Positions 1 through 7,139 of a stretch of DNA of 25,506 bases are shown one piece after another. Position numbers and translations under genes: made by a program. Each line of letters opens with the position of its first letter. Positions within the stretch are counted from its first letter, which is position 1. Origin of the DNA: a virus (taxonomy: Duplodnaviria > Caudoviricetes); IMG/VR virus record IMGVR_UViG_3300025392_000591, positions 1 through 25,506 of that record. One strand, 5' to 3'. A model generated the notes under the pieces. It saw only the letters and a list, made by a program, of their open reading frames with translations. It made no database searches and was not told where the DNA came from.

Positions 1-185
1 TGGTCGTATTCAGCCCTCTTTTGCGGATCGCCTAAATTGTCATAGGCAACACTAATATCTTTGAACTTGGCTTGATCTCCACCCTTGTCTGGATGATGTT
101 TATTAGCCAAGCTTCGGTACGCTCGTTTAATTTCGTCTGGGCTAGCATTTTCGCTAACACCTAGTGTTTGGTAATAATCAGTCAT
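1..185 (-). CDS. dnaJ: DnaJ/J-domain co-chaperone, N-terminal part (continues beyond the window's left edge)
   Basis: Not in the ORF track. Manual translation from ATG at 185: [61 protein letters not shown], a classic J-domain with the HPD motif. Confidence 0.93.
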   Translation of the reverse strand, partial: MTDYYQTLGVSENASPDEIKRAYRSLANKHHPDKGGDQAKFKDISVAYDNLGDPQKRAEYD

Positions 186-191
186 AGTCGT

Positions 192-236
192 AAAAAAGCT
201 CCAATAATATAGTAATTATACTATCTTAATTGGAGC
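192..236 (-). terminator. Intrinsic terminator-like hairpin ending the lysis operon
   Basis: Outer stem gctccaat (198-205)/attggagc (229-236), inner stem atagta/tactat, followed on the minus strand by T6 (192-197). Confidence 0.65.
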
Positions 237-243
237 CTGTCAA
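215..243 (-). promoter_or_regulatory. Consensus sigma70 promoter for dnaJ
   Basis: Minus strand reads TTGACA-ggctccaattaagatag(17 nt)-TATAAT, with the -10 ending 30 nt upstream of the dnaJ ATG. Confidence 0.88.
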
Positions 244-256
244 GATTTTGAATTGT

Positions 257-427
257 TTACTTTTTCTTTTCCGGTACTTTTTCACCCTCTACCTTTTTAT
301 GAACTTTGATATTTTTACAAACTTCTTTTTTTGTCTTTGGATTAGTTTCGCAAACTTGTTTTGTTTCGCCACCAGCAAATGCTGAACTGGCTACACATAA
401 TGCTAAAAGTGCTAATAGTTTTTTCAT
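257..427 (-). CDS. Small secreted cationic protein (56 aa; Sec signal peptide, CX10C)
   Basis: Start corrected to ATG 427 (SD-like AAGGA upstream). MKKLLALLALCVASSAFA|GGETKQVC...VCKNIKVHKK; AFA signal peptidase I site. Confidence 0.75.
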   Translation of the reverse strand: MKKLLALLALCVASSAFAGGETKQVCETNPKTKKEVCKNIKVHKKVEGEKVPEKKK

Positions 428-437
428 AATATTTTCC

Positions 438-1058
438 TTAAATTGCTGGTTGATCGAAATCTGGTACGATCTTTTTACCACTTGCTGTTACTGCTGGAGT
501 TGCTGGCGCTGAAGGTGTGCTTCCAAAGCCGCCTCCGCCAAAGCCAGTTGATGCTGGTGCTGTTGATCCAAAACCACCGCTGGTGGAACCGAATCCTCCT
601 GACGCAGGTGCGCCAAATGTTGAGCCGCCGCCCATTGATGAACCGAATCCGCCATTGTTTGTTCCTCCAAATCCGCCTGTGCTTCCACCAAAGCCGCCGC
701 CCATACCACCTGACATACCACCCATACCAGCTGGAACACCTGACATGTTAGTATTATTTGTCATTGTTTGACTTGTTGCTGTTGGATTAGCCGCTGTTCC
801 TGCTAATTTTTCTTGTGTACGCCCAAACGCACTAATACCTAATACAGCACCCATCGCAATATGGAATAGACCAGCACCCTGTAGTGTTAGTGGATTCCAT
901 TGTGTAATAGGCACATGCATTACTGCTTGTAATACTGACCATAGAACTGGAAATACTGCCATGTCTAATAAACAGATCAACATGTACATCCAACCCATTG
1001 CTGGACGCCATAATTTCTGCATCCATTCTGCTCCGCCGCTATCTTTTTCATCTGCCAT
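438..1058 (-). CDS. Holin (GTA_holin_3TM-like) with long Gly/Phe-rich C-terminal tail
   Basis: WRPAMGW at the first TM segment and LGISAFGRTQEK after the last TM segment match this holin family; located in the lysis cassette; SD AGGAG. Confidence 0.78.
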   Translation of the reverse strand: MADEKDSGGAEWMQKLWRPAMGWMYMLICLLDMAVFPVLWSVLQAVMHVPITQWNPLTLQGAGLFHIAMGAVLGISAFGRTQEKLAGTAANPTATSQTMTNNTNMSGVPAGMGGMSGGMGGGFGGSTGGFGGTNNGGFGSSMGGGSTFGAPASGGFGSTSGGFGSTAPASTGFGGGGFGSTPSAPATPAVTASGKKIVPDFDQPAI

Positions 1059-1088
1059 AGTATTCGCTCCTTTTGGCTGTTATATACG

Positions 1089-1094
1089 TATTTA
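1089..1094 (-). promoter_or_regulatory. TAAATA late-type promoter motif upstream of holin
   Basis: aaTAAATAcg in the intergenic gap about 30 nt upstream of the ATG; resembles the T4 late promoter TATAAATA and recurs before other late genes. Confidence 0.6.
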
Positions 1095-1100
1095 TTAAAC

Positions 1101-1901
1101 TTACTTACGTTTCTTGTGTTGAAGTTCTGATTTTGCCGCTTTAGCTGCCTGTGTTCGCTCTTTATTTTTCATAGCTGTCGAGCCGTTAATGCCTACTGTA
1201 ACATCTTTGCCACTTTTGCCTTTTAGATTTTTTATATAAAACCAAGCAACACTAGCCTTGGCACTTTCAATAGGATTACTAGACAGTAGTTCAGGATGAT
1301 CTACATAAATGTTTTCATTTTCAGGGTGTGCTCTTTTACCTACTGCGGCATAGTTAGCCTTGCCAGAAATCATTAAAAATCCGCGCCCTCTATAACGCCA
1401 TCCGTCACCGCTTGCTTCATTTCCATTGCCGTTAACATTAGCATACGCTCTATTGGCCAATGCTACAGGATTATTTAAATCTAAATATTGTTGAGCAATT
1501 TGTATTGTTGGAAAATTAGTTGTAAAAACTTTATGTACACGTTGTGCTGTTTTATATACCATTTGTTCTACTGCGTTAGTCCATCCTGCGGTTTCTACAC
1601 TAGCATGTCCTAGTAAATTTCCAAGATCATTAGTTGAAGTTATACCCATTTTCCTAGCTATGTTTTCTAACGTAGTTTTAGCACCTGCCGGATCAAATGG
1701 AGCAGGCTCAGCTTTTGACTGTACATTAGGCATAATCTTCTGAACAGGTGTACCAGACTGCCCTACAGGTTTTGCTGGAGTAACTACTGGCGTTGGTGCT
1801 ACAGTAGCCGGCGCTTGGGGCTTATTTAATTTGTCATAAATCCAACCACCTAATGTATCAGGAGGCCCTAACTCTTCTAATAACAGTTCTCTTAATTTCA
1901 T
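1101..1901 (-). CDS. Second glycoside hydrolase family 19 (chitinase-like muramidase), probably virion-associated
   Basis: HASVETAG (catalytic Glu region), ANRAYAN..GNG.EASGDGWRYRGRGF.MISGKANY, AWF and ING motifs; N-terminal MKLRELLLE followed by a Pro-rich linker. Confidence 0.85.
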   Translation of the reverse strand: MKLRELLLEELGPPDTLGGWIYDKLNKPQAPATVAPTPVVTPAKPVGQSGTPVQKIMPNVQSKAEPAPFDPAGAKTTLENIARKMGITSTNDLGNLLGHASVETAGWTNAVEQMVYKTAQRVHKVFTTNFPTIQIAQQYLDLNNPVALANRAYANVNGNGNEASGDGWRYRGRGFLMISGKANYAAVGKRAHPENENIYVDHPELLSSNPIESAKASVAWFYIKNLKGKSGKDVTVGINGSTAMKNKERTQAAKAAKSELQHKKRK

Positions 1902-2161
1902 TTGATACTATTAAATATTTTCTTTTGACTATTATACCAGTCTATCCAGCTGTCAACATTATCTTTACAAGTATAGTATTGTCCGTAGTTATCTGCTACT
2001 ACAGGCAATACTTCGCTTAATTTAGTAGTGTCTGGTGCTAGTTTTAAGTCAGGGCAAGCAACTAGCATATCGCTTGGAACATCTGGAAATTTAACAGCTA
2101 CTGGAACACTAGTGGCACAACCTGTAACAAATAACGCTAATATTAAAATAATACGATTCAT
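1898..2161 (-). CDS. o-spanin (Rz1-like outer-membrane lipoprotein)
   Basis: Signal peptide with lipobox VTGC, Pro-rich mature part with further Cys; ATGA overlap with the i-spanin stop. Confidence 0.8.
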   Translation of the reverse strand: MNRIILILALFVTGCATSVPVAVKFPDVPSDMLVACPDLKLAPDTTKLSEVLPVVADNYGQYYTCKDNVDSWIDWYNSQKKIFNSIK

Positions 2162-2628
2162 TTTTTAGCATCCTTTGTAACTGGATTTTTAGCGGCATCA
2201 TTAAGATCTTTAATTACTTCAGGAGCAACTTTACACTCGGCATCTATAATTTGTGTATCTTTAACAATACGTTCTTTAACTGTGGTAATATATTCTGTAC
2301 GAACTTTGACTTTTTCTTTAATCTTTGCTTCTAGTTTACTGTTAGCATCTTTGCTAGCTTCTTCTGCTTTGGCTACTTTAGCTTCTGCTTCGGCTACTCT
2401 AGCTCTCCACATCATTTCAGTATCGTAACCTCCGCGTAACCACATGCCTAATACAAGCAAGGCAATTCCTACAGGTTTTAAAATGCCTACGTATTTTCCA
2501 TAAAATGGAATAAACTTACCTAACCATCCGGCAAACATGCCAGTTATACCAACGGCAATAATGCCCCAGTATAACCAGTTAAGTATGGCGTCTGGAATTA
2601 GACTAAGCATCCAAGGAATTTGCCCCAT
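2158..2628 (-). CDS. i-spanin (Rz-like) with two N-terminal TM segments
   Basis: Hydrophobic N-terminus, Ala/Glu/Lys coiled coil, C-terminal Cys (DAECK); lies between the endolysin and the lipoprotein. Confidence 0.75.
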   Translation of the reverse strand: MGQIPWMLSLIPDAILNWLYWGIIAVGITGMFAGWLGKFIPFYGKYVGILKPVGIALLVLGMWLRGGYDTEMMWRARVAEAEAKVAKAEEASKDANSKLEAKIKEKVKVRTEYITTVKERIVKDTQIIDAECKVAPEVIKDLNDAAKNPVTKDAKK

Positions 2629-2631
2629 GGC

Positions 2632-3258
2632 TTATCCTTGTAGAACTTGTAGTGCGTGTTGGTAATGCTTTTGACGATCTTCTAAACCCAATGTACCACC
2701 GTTAATACGCTTGGTCATTGTTAGGATATCACCATTGTCTGCATACTGGTTTAGGTTATTGTCTTCCCAGAACCAAGCGGCACTTTGTACACAACCTTCA
2801 AAAGTTGTTAAATGCTCGCTAGCTTCGTCTAAGGTTTGCTCTGTACTTTGTGCGTACTTGCTATAATTGTCTTTACCTGTCAATTGAATAAGTCCTCTTC
2901 CACAAAATTTCCAACCATCGCCGCTTGCTTCGTCTCCGTTGCCCATACGATTAGCATACGCTCTGTTAGCAATCTTTTCTGGATTGTGTGCGTATTCGTT
3001 TGCGTTACTAGGATTAAAATAACGTGGCCATACTTTACAAAGACTTTCTGCTTTGTAATTTAAGTTTTCTTTAATAGCAGTGAATCCACCAGACTCGTGT
3101 GCGCATTGTGCTAGGAAAGCCGCAACACGTGGTACTGTGTTAATATCATAGTCTGGTAATGTTTGACATAGTGCTTCATACCAATGTTCGGCATAGGGAT
3201 TTTTTCCTATGATTGCTTCTAACTTAGCTTGTGTAAAATCGAAATCAAAATCGCTCAT
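2632..3258 (-). CDS. GH19 endolysin (predicted chitinase/lysozyme-like)
   Basis: RVAAFLAQCAHESGGF..IKENLNY, GDGWKFCGRGLIQLTGKDNY, SAAWFW, TKRINGG..GLEDR. Confidence 0.93.
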   Translation of the reverse strand: MSDFDFDFTQAKLEAIIGKNPYAEHWYEALCQTLPDYDINTVPRVAAFLAQCAHESGGFTAIKENLNYKAESLCKVWPRYFNPSNANEYAHNPEKIANRAYANRMGNGDEASGDGWKFCGRGLIQLTGKDNYSKYAQSTEQTLDEASEHLTTFEGCVQSAAWFWEDNNLNQYADNGDILTMTKRINGGTLGLEDRQKHYQHALQVLQG

Positions 3259-3992
3259 TATTGTTTCCTTTTTAGTGCAACAGCATAACCATTGCGTTCG
3301 AATATAAATGTATCGCCAATTTTATTGATATTATAATTGCCGATGGTCTTTGTTAAAAACATAACTTCTGCCATGTTTTTAGTTTCTAATACAATAGGAC
3401 CTTTGATTGAATCATAAATTTCATTCTTAGGGCCGCTATTGACAACTTCAAATGATACAGGTCCGCTATAAACACGTTTAAATGTAATGCTTTCATCTAG
3501 CATACTAATATCATCTGCGTAACTATTACTAAAGAAATTACTAAAATTTTCTAGCATATTTCTTTCTGTAGCTATTTCGTAAGCTGCCTTGTCTGTAGGA
3601 ACTACTGCTGATAAATTTTCTTCTGTTGCCTCTTGACTCTTAAAACTTTTAAAGTAACGAAAGCGCATAGAGTCTAAACCTGTTAATTTTTTAATACCTT
3701 CAACAATTTCAAAAATTTGTTCTCCAATATGGCGACTACGTTCTATTTCAACATATACACGATAGTTACCATCATCTAACTCACCTGCTGTACAGTCTGC
3801 ATCTAAAACAAAATTATAACCCATTTCGATAAAATTTTCTAAATCCTTAGCAGGGTCTTCTGATTCTACACTAAAACTTAATACGCAAGTATCTGCGTCA
3901 GTGCCAATCTTACTTTGAAATGAATCTATCTCAAAGACTTTTTTAACTAAATCTCTAAGATCCGCAGGGCGCAAACTTTCATTTACTTTCAT
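3258..3992 (-). CDS. Hypothetical phage protein (244 aa, acidic)
   Basis: Long ORF translationally coupled on both sides (ATGA and TAATG overlaps). Confidence 0.8.
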   Translation of the reverse strand: MKVNESLRPADLRDLVKKVFEIDSFQSKIGTDADTCVLSFSVESEDPAKDLENFIEMGYNFVLDADCTAGELDDGNYRVYVEIERSRHIGEQIFEIVEGIKKLTGLDSMRFRYFKSFKSQEATEENLSAVVPTDKAAYEIATERNMLENFSNFFSNSYADDISMLDESITFKRVYSGPVSFEVVNSGPKNEIYDSIKGPIVLETKNMAEVMFLTKTIGNYNINKIGDTFIFERNGYAVALKRKQ

Positions 3993-4561
3993 GCTGGTGC
4001 TCCGCCTGCCGCTGGTGCGCCACCTGGTGCGGCTCCGGGAGCTGGTGGAGCTGTTGGTGATGCTGGTGCTGGTGCTCCTCCTGCCGGTGCTGTGCTTTCA
4101 GTTGGTGTTGGTCGGCTTTCTTTATTTTCGTTCTTTAATTTGTCCATGTAGCCTTTGTATACATCGAATGCTACTTTCTTAGGCATTGTAATTTCAACAA
4201 TCCATATAGGCTTACGATCAAGATGCCCTTTCTTAGTACCCGGACGTAGATCTTCTTGTGTACGTACTTTGCGTGGCTCTAGCAAATGACTCTTTTGATA
4301 TGTTACTTTACAGCCTAATTCTGTTAGACGTTTAGCGGCAGTTGGGTTAGGCATCTTGCTATGCTCCCACATGAAACCAGCAGTGATCCAGTGGCGATCA
4401 ACTTTAGGGCCATAAGCTAATTCGCCGTCTTCCCAGTTTTCGTATACGTACATATCCATCTCGTCTAGCACACGTTCAAAGTCTTTTAAGACAGCTAAAC
4501 TGCTATTATTTTCGTATAAATCTTGGATATTCTGTATAACATCTAAAATGTCATGTTGCAT
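3989..4561 (-). CDS. Hypothetical phage protein with Pro/Ala/Gly-rich C-terminal tail
   Basis: SD GGAG, upstream TAAATA motif; first gene of the operon leading into the lysis cassette. Confidence 0.8.
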   Translation of the reverse strand: MQHDILDVIQNIQDLYENNSSLAVLKDFERVLDEMDMYVYENWEDGELAYGPKVDRHWITAGFMWEHSKMPNPTAAKRLTELGCKVTYQKSHLLEPRKVRTQEDLRPGTKKGHLDRKPIWIVEITMPKKVAFDVYKGYMDKLKNENKESRPTPTESTAPAGGAPAPASPTAPPAPGAAPGGAPAAGGAPA

Positions 4562-4579
4562 GATAGGCTCTCCTATACT

Positions 4580-4585
4580 TATTTA
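4580..4585 (-). promoter_or_regulatory. TAAATA late-type promoter of the lysis operon
   Basis: cTAAATAagtatAGGAGagcctatcATG on the minus strand. Confidence 0.6.
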
Positions 4586-4632
4586 GCTGGTTTGAAATCA
4601 TAGCATATCACTTTATATTTTTAGGAATACGT

Positions 4633-4638
4633 TAAATA
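4633..4638 (+). promoter_or_regulatory. TAAATA late-type promoter of phoH (divergent)
   Basis: gtTAAATAat immediately upstream of the structured phoH leader. Confidence 0.55.
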
Positions 4639-4643
4639 ATAGT

Positions 4644-4706
4644 GTAGGACCTCTGTAGTTATCAAAGGCGGTCACTACAAGTCTTACTTTTTCATAAAAG
4701 TAGGAG
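4644..4706 (+). promoter_or_regulatory. Structured 5' leader of phoH with mutually exclusive hairpins
   Basis: gtaggac/gtcttac and tgtagt/actaca stems versus tcttactttt/aaaagtagga covering the SD. Confidence 0.55.
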
Positions 4707-4714
4707 CAACTTTA

Positions 4715-5434
4715 ATGAGTAAACAACGAGTGAAAAAGCGTTTTACATCAGAAGTTAACATAATTGACTTTCAGCCATATCTTCCGGCAAAAAAACAGCG
4801 TGTGAGTATTCAAGCTCGCAGTGCCAATCAGAAGCTATATCTCACTAAACTATACGATGAAACCAAGAGCATAGTACTTGCTATTGGCCCAGCCGGCACG
4901 GGTAAAACCATGCTAGCAGTACAGTTCGGGATTAAGTTATTTCAGGAAGGCAAAGTTGACAAGATCATTGTGACAAGACCCGCCGTTTCTGTAGATGAAG
5001 ATTTAGGATTTTTACCAGGTGACTTAAATGAAAAGATGGCACCATGGACCCGTCCTATTTTTGATGTCTTCGGAGAGTATTATCAAACCAAAGAAATAGC
5101 CAAGATGCTAGAGGAAGGTGTTATTGAAATAAGCCCACTTGCGTACATGCGTGGACGCACATTTAAAAACGCATACATCGTTGCAGATGAATGTCAGAAC
5201 ACAACAGTAAATCAAATGAAGATGCTATTAACCCGCTTAGGAGAGGGTTCAAAAATGGTAGTCACAGGAGATTTAGCTCAAGCAGACCGATTAAGTGATA
5301 ACGGACTGATTGATTTTTGTGGACTAATTGAACAAAAAGAATATTTGGAACATATTGATATTATTCAATTTGAAGTCAAGGACATCGAACGCCATAATGC
5401 CGTGAAGGAGGTGTTAGCGGTTTATGGAGAATAA
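4715..5434 (+). CDS. phoH: PhoH-family ATPase
   Basis: GPAGTGKT Walker A, TRPAV, LGFLPGDL.EKM.PW, YMRGRTF, DECQN, LTRLGEGSK.VVTGD; SD AGGAG. Confidence 0.96.
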   Translation: MSKQRVKKRFTSEVNIIDFQPYLPAKKQRVSIQARSANQKLYLTKLYDETKSIVLAIGPAGTGKTMLAVQFGIKLFQEGKVDKIIVTRPAVSVDEDLGFLPGDLNEKMAPWTRPIFDVFGEYYQTKEIAKMLEEGVIEISPLAYMRGRTFKNAYIVADECQNTTVNQMKMLLTRLGEGSKMVVTGDLAQADRLSDNGLIDFCGLIEQKEYLEHIDIIQFEVKDIERHNAVKEVLAVYGE

Positions 5435-5452
5435 AGTAGTAGTTCTACTTTA
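5432..5452. terminator. Small inverted repeat between convergent phoH and DUF2061
   Basis: taaagtag-tagtt-ctacttta; each arm contains one of the two stop codons. AT-rich and weak. Confidence 0.35.
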
Positions 5453-5675
5453 GATTGTCTAATGAATGGGGGCCGTGCTGTCCCCATTCTGTTTTGTTCC
5501 ACAAGCGTTCGTGTAAAAAGTACCAGAGAGAGTTTGTGATGAACAATACTCCAGCAATTTTACCGGCAGACCCAAAACCGCCTGTTACTATGTAAGATAC
5601 TATAAATGTAATTACAGTTGTAGTCAGTCTCCAAGTTACTGCCTTGGCAATACTTCGTAATTGTTTATCTGTCAT
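5445..5675 (-). CDS. DUF2061-family small membrane protein
   Basis: RSIAKAVTWR...SYIVTG...YFLHERLW..WG signature. Confidence 0.85.
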   Translation of the reverse strand: MTDKQLRSIAKAVTWRLTTTVITFIVSYIVTGGFGSAGKIAGVLFITNSLWYFLHERLWNKTEWGQHGPHSLDNLK

Positions 5676-5786
5676 TTTAAACCCAATTCCTTTCTAATAT
5701 TTGTAGCACTGATATTTGTTATATCATTATCAAACGACTCCTCGCCTAGCAATAATAATAACTGGAAATCTTGGAATATCGATCAT
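5672..5786 (-). pseudogene. Deletion scar: N-terminal stub of one gene joined out of frame to the C-terminal stub of another
   Basis: ATG 5786 gives MIDIPRFPVIIIARRGVV* (stop 5730). A different frame gives GEESFDNDITNISATNIRKELGLK* (5746-5672), whose stop overlaps the DUF2061 ATG. Confidence 0.6.
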
Positions 5787-5789
5787 ACA

Positions 5790-6695
5790 TCACAAGTGGC
5801 TTAGTCTAATCAATGTTGCCGCAAGATTAATCTCTGGATCCATGATAACTCCGTGATCAACTGCGCCTTGTTTAATAATAAGAATAGCTTTATCTGGATC
5901 CGCAAACAATTCTGAATTGTCGTACAACCAGCGGAAGATATCATCCATTTCTTCTGGTCTAGCACGACCACATACTAGTTTACGTGCTTCTTGTATCTTG
6001 CCTTTCTTAAACAACTCGACCATTTCAAGTCTGTAGTCGCTAACACCGCTGTCTTCGTCTTTAGGATTAATCAGTTTGTTTTCTACGCTATTTTGTTGTA
6101 CTAGGTTAATACACTTACGCAGGTCTGGAAACACACTCTTTACATAAGTGTCTAAGGTATCCAAATCAAATTCAATATTTTCTTCAACTAGGATTGTGGC
6201 TACACGAGCAGTAAACTCTGTTTGATCAATTGACGCAAAATGCATCTGTTGTAGTCTGCTATGTAGCGGTGGAAGAATTCTGTTAGGGCTATTACAAGTT
6301 AGGATAAATCTAGCAAAGTTAGAATATTCTTCAATGATGCCTTTAAGCGAATCTTGTGCCTGCTGACTCAAACGATCTGCTTCGTCTAACAATACAACCT
6401 TAAATGGACCAAACGGAATCATACTAACAAACGGAACAATCTTATCACGAATAAAATCAATACCGGTTTCTCGACTTGCGTTAACCTCTATAATATCAAA
6501 GTCTGGAATACCGATTTCATTAAGCAATACCTTTGCTAATGTAGTTTTACCAATGCCTGGACTACCGCTTAATAGCAAGTGCGGGATGCTTTCTTCTTTA
6601 ATCCAAGTTGTAATTTGTTTCTTTTGACTAGCGTCCCTAAACACATAACCGTCTATTGTTTTAGGACGATATTTTTCTACCCATAGTTCTTTCAT
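5790..6695 (-). CDS. Sliding-clamp loader AAA+ subunit (T4 gp44 / RFC small subunit-like)
   Basis: LWVEKYRPKT, GSPGIGKTT, EVNAS, LLDEAD, RFILTCN, SRL (SRC-box variant), PDLRK.IN. Confidence 0.93.
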   Translation of the reverse strand: MKELWVEKYRPKTIDGYVFRDASQKKQITTWIKEESIPHLLLSGSPGIGKTTLAKVLLNEIGIPDFDIIEVNASRETGIDFIRDKIVPFVSMIPFGPFKVVLLDEADRLSQQAQDSLKGIIEEYSNFARFILTCNSPNRILPPLHSRLQQMHFASIDQTEFTARVATILVEENIEFDLDTLDTYVKSVFPDLRKCINLVQQNSVENKLINPKDEDSGVSDYRLEMVELFKKGKIQEARKLVCGRARPEEMDDIFRWLYDNSELFADPDKAILIIKQGAVDHGVIMDPEINLAATLIRLSHL

Positions 6696-6715
6696 AGTAT
6701 TCCTCAGTTCTGCTT

Positions 6716-6744
6716 ATTGTACAGGTGAAAACAGGCCTTGTCTA
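6716..6744 (-). promoter_or_regulatory. sigma70-like promoter for the clamp loader
   Basis: TAGACA-aggcctgttttcacctg(17 nt)-TACAAT, followed by SD GAGG and ATG 6695. Confidence 0.7.
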
Positions 6745-6754
6745 GAGGCCTGTT
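6728..6754 (-). terminator. Intrinsic terminator downstream of groES
   Basis: Perfect 9-bp stem aacaggcct/aggcctgtt with a 7-nt loop, running into TTTT on the minus strand, 10 nt after the groES stop. Confidence 0.75.
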
Positions 6755-6764
6755 GCTCGAATGA

Positions 6765-7139
6765 TTAACCGAAGTTAAATGTTTGATGCTGTACTTTGGA
6801 GTGAACACCGTAAGTATTATCTCCAGGATCCTCATCGGATACCATTAAGATTGCGTTAACATCCGCACGGCGGATAACAATTTCGGTACCATCTTCTTCT
6901 ACTACAGTAACACCGCGTGTCCAACGTCCGTGTTCAAGTAAGATCCATTCGCCTACTCGGACATCTTGTTGTTCTGGACCAATCGCCCAAACACGGCCCC
7001 AACGGTGTCTAACACCTTCACTTTTTCCATCATCGCTTGGTAATACAATACCACCCGCAGAAATTCGGGCATCAAAATTCATATCTGTTACAAGAATATT
7101 GTTTCGGATTGGTATAATTTTGCCTGTTACTACGTTCAT
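6765..7139 (-). CDS. groES: GroES-like co-chaperonin
   Basis: IIPIRNNILV, SAGGIVLP mobile loop, GRVWAIGP, VRVGEWIL; typical phage Cpn10 variant. Confidence 0.85.
   Translation of the reverse strand: MNVVTGKIIPIRNNILVTDMNFDARISAGGIVLPSDDGKSEGVRHRWGRVWAIGPEQQDVRVGEWILLEHGRWTRGVTVVEEDGTEIVIRRADVNAILMVSDEDPGDNTYGVHSKVQHQTFNFG

Noticed and set aside
306-1026. Short alternative-frame and antisense ORFs over the holin and secreted peptide genes
   Set aside because: Shadows of Gly-rich coding sequence (the poly-Pro antisense ORF mirrors GGN codons); no SD or family motifs.
4586-4632. Pho box upstream of phoH
   Set aside because: No tandem CTGTCA-like 11-bp repeats are visible.
5746-5790. Mini-ORF MYDRYSKISSYYYC* coupled to the clamp-loader stop
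   Set aside because: Only 14 codons with no recognisable motif; the deletion-scar reading explains the region better.
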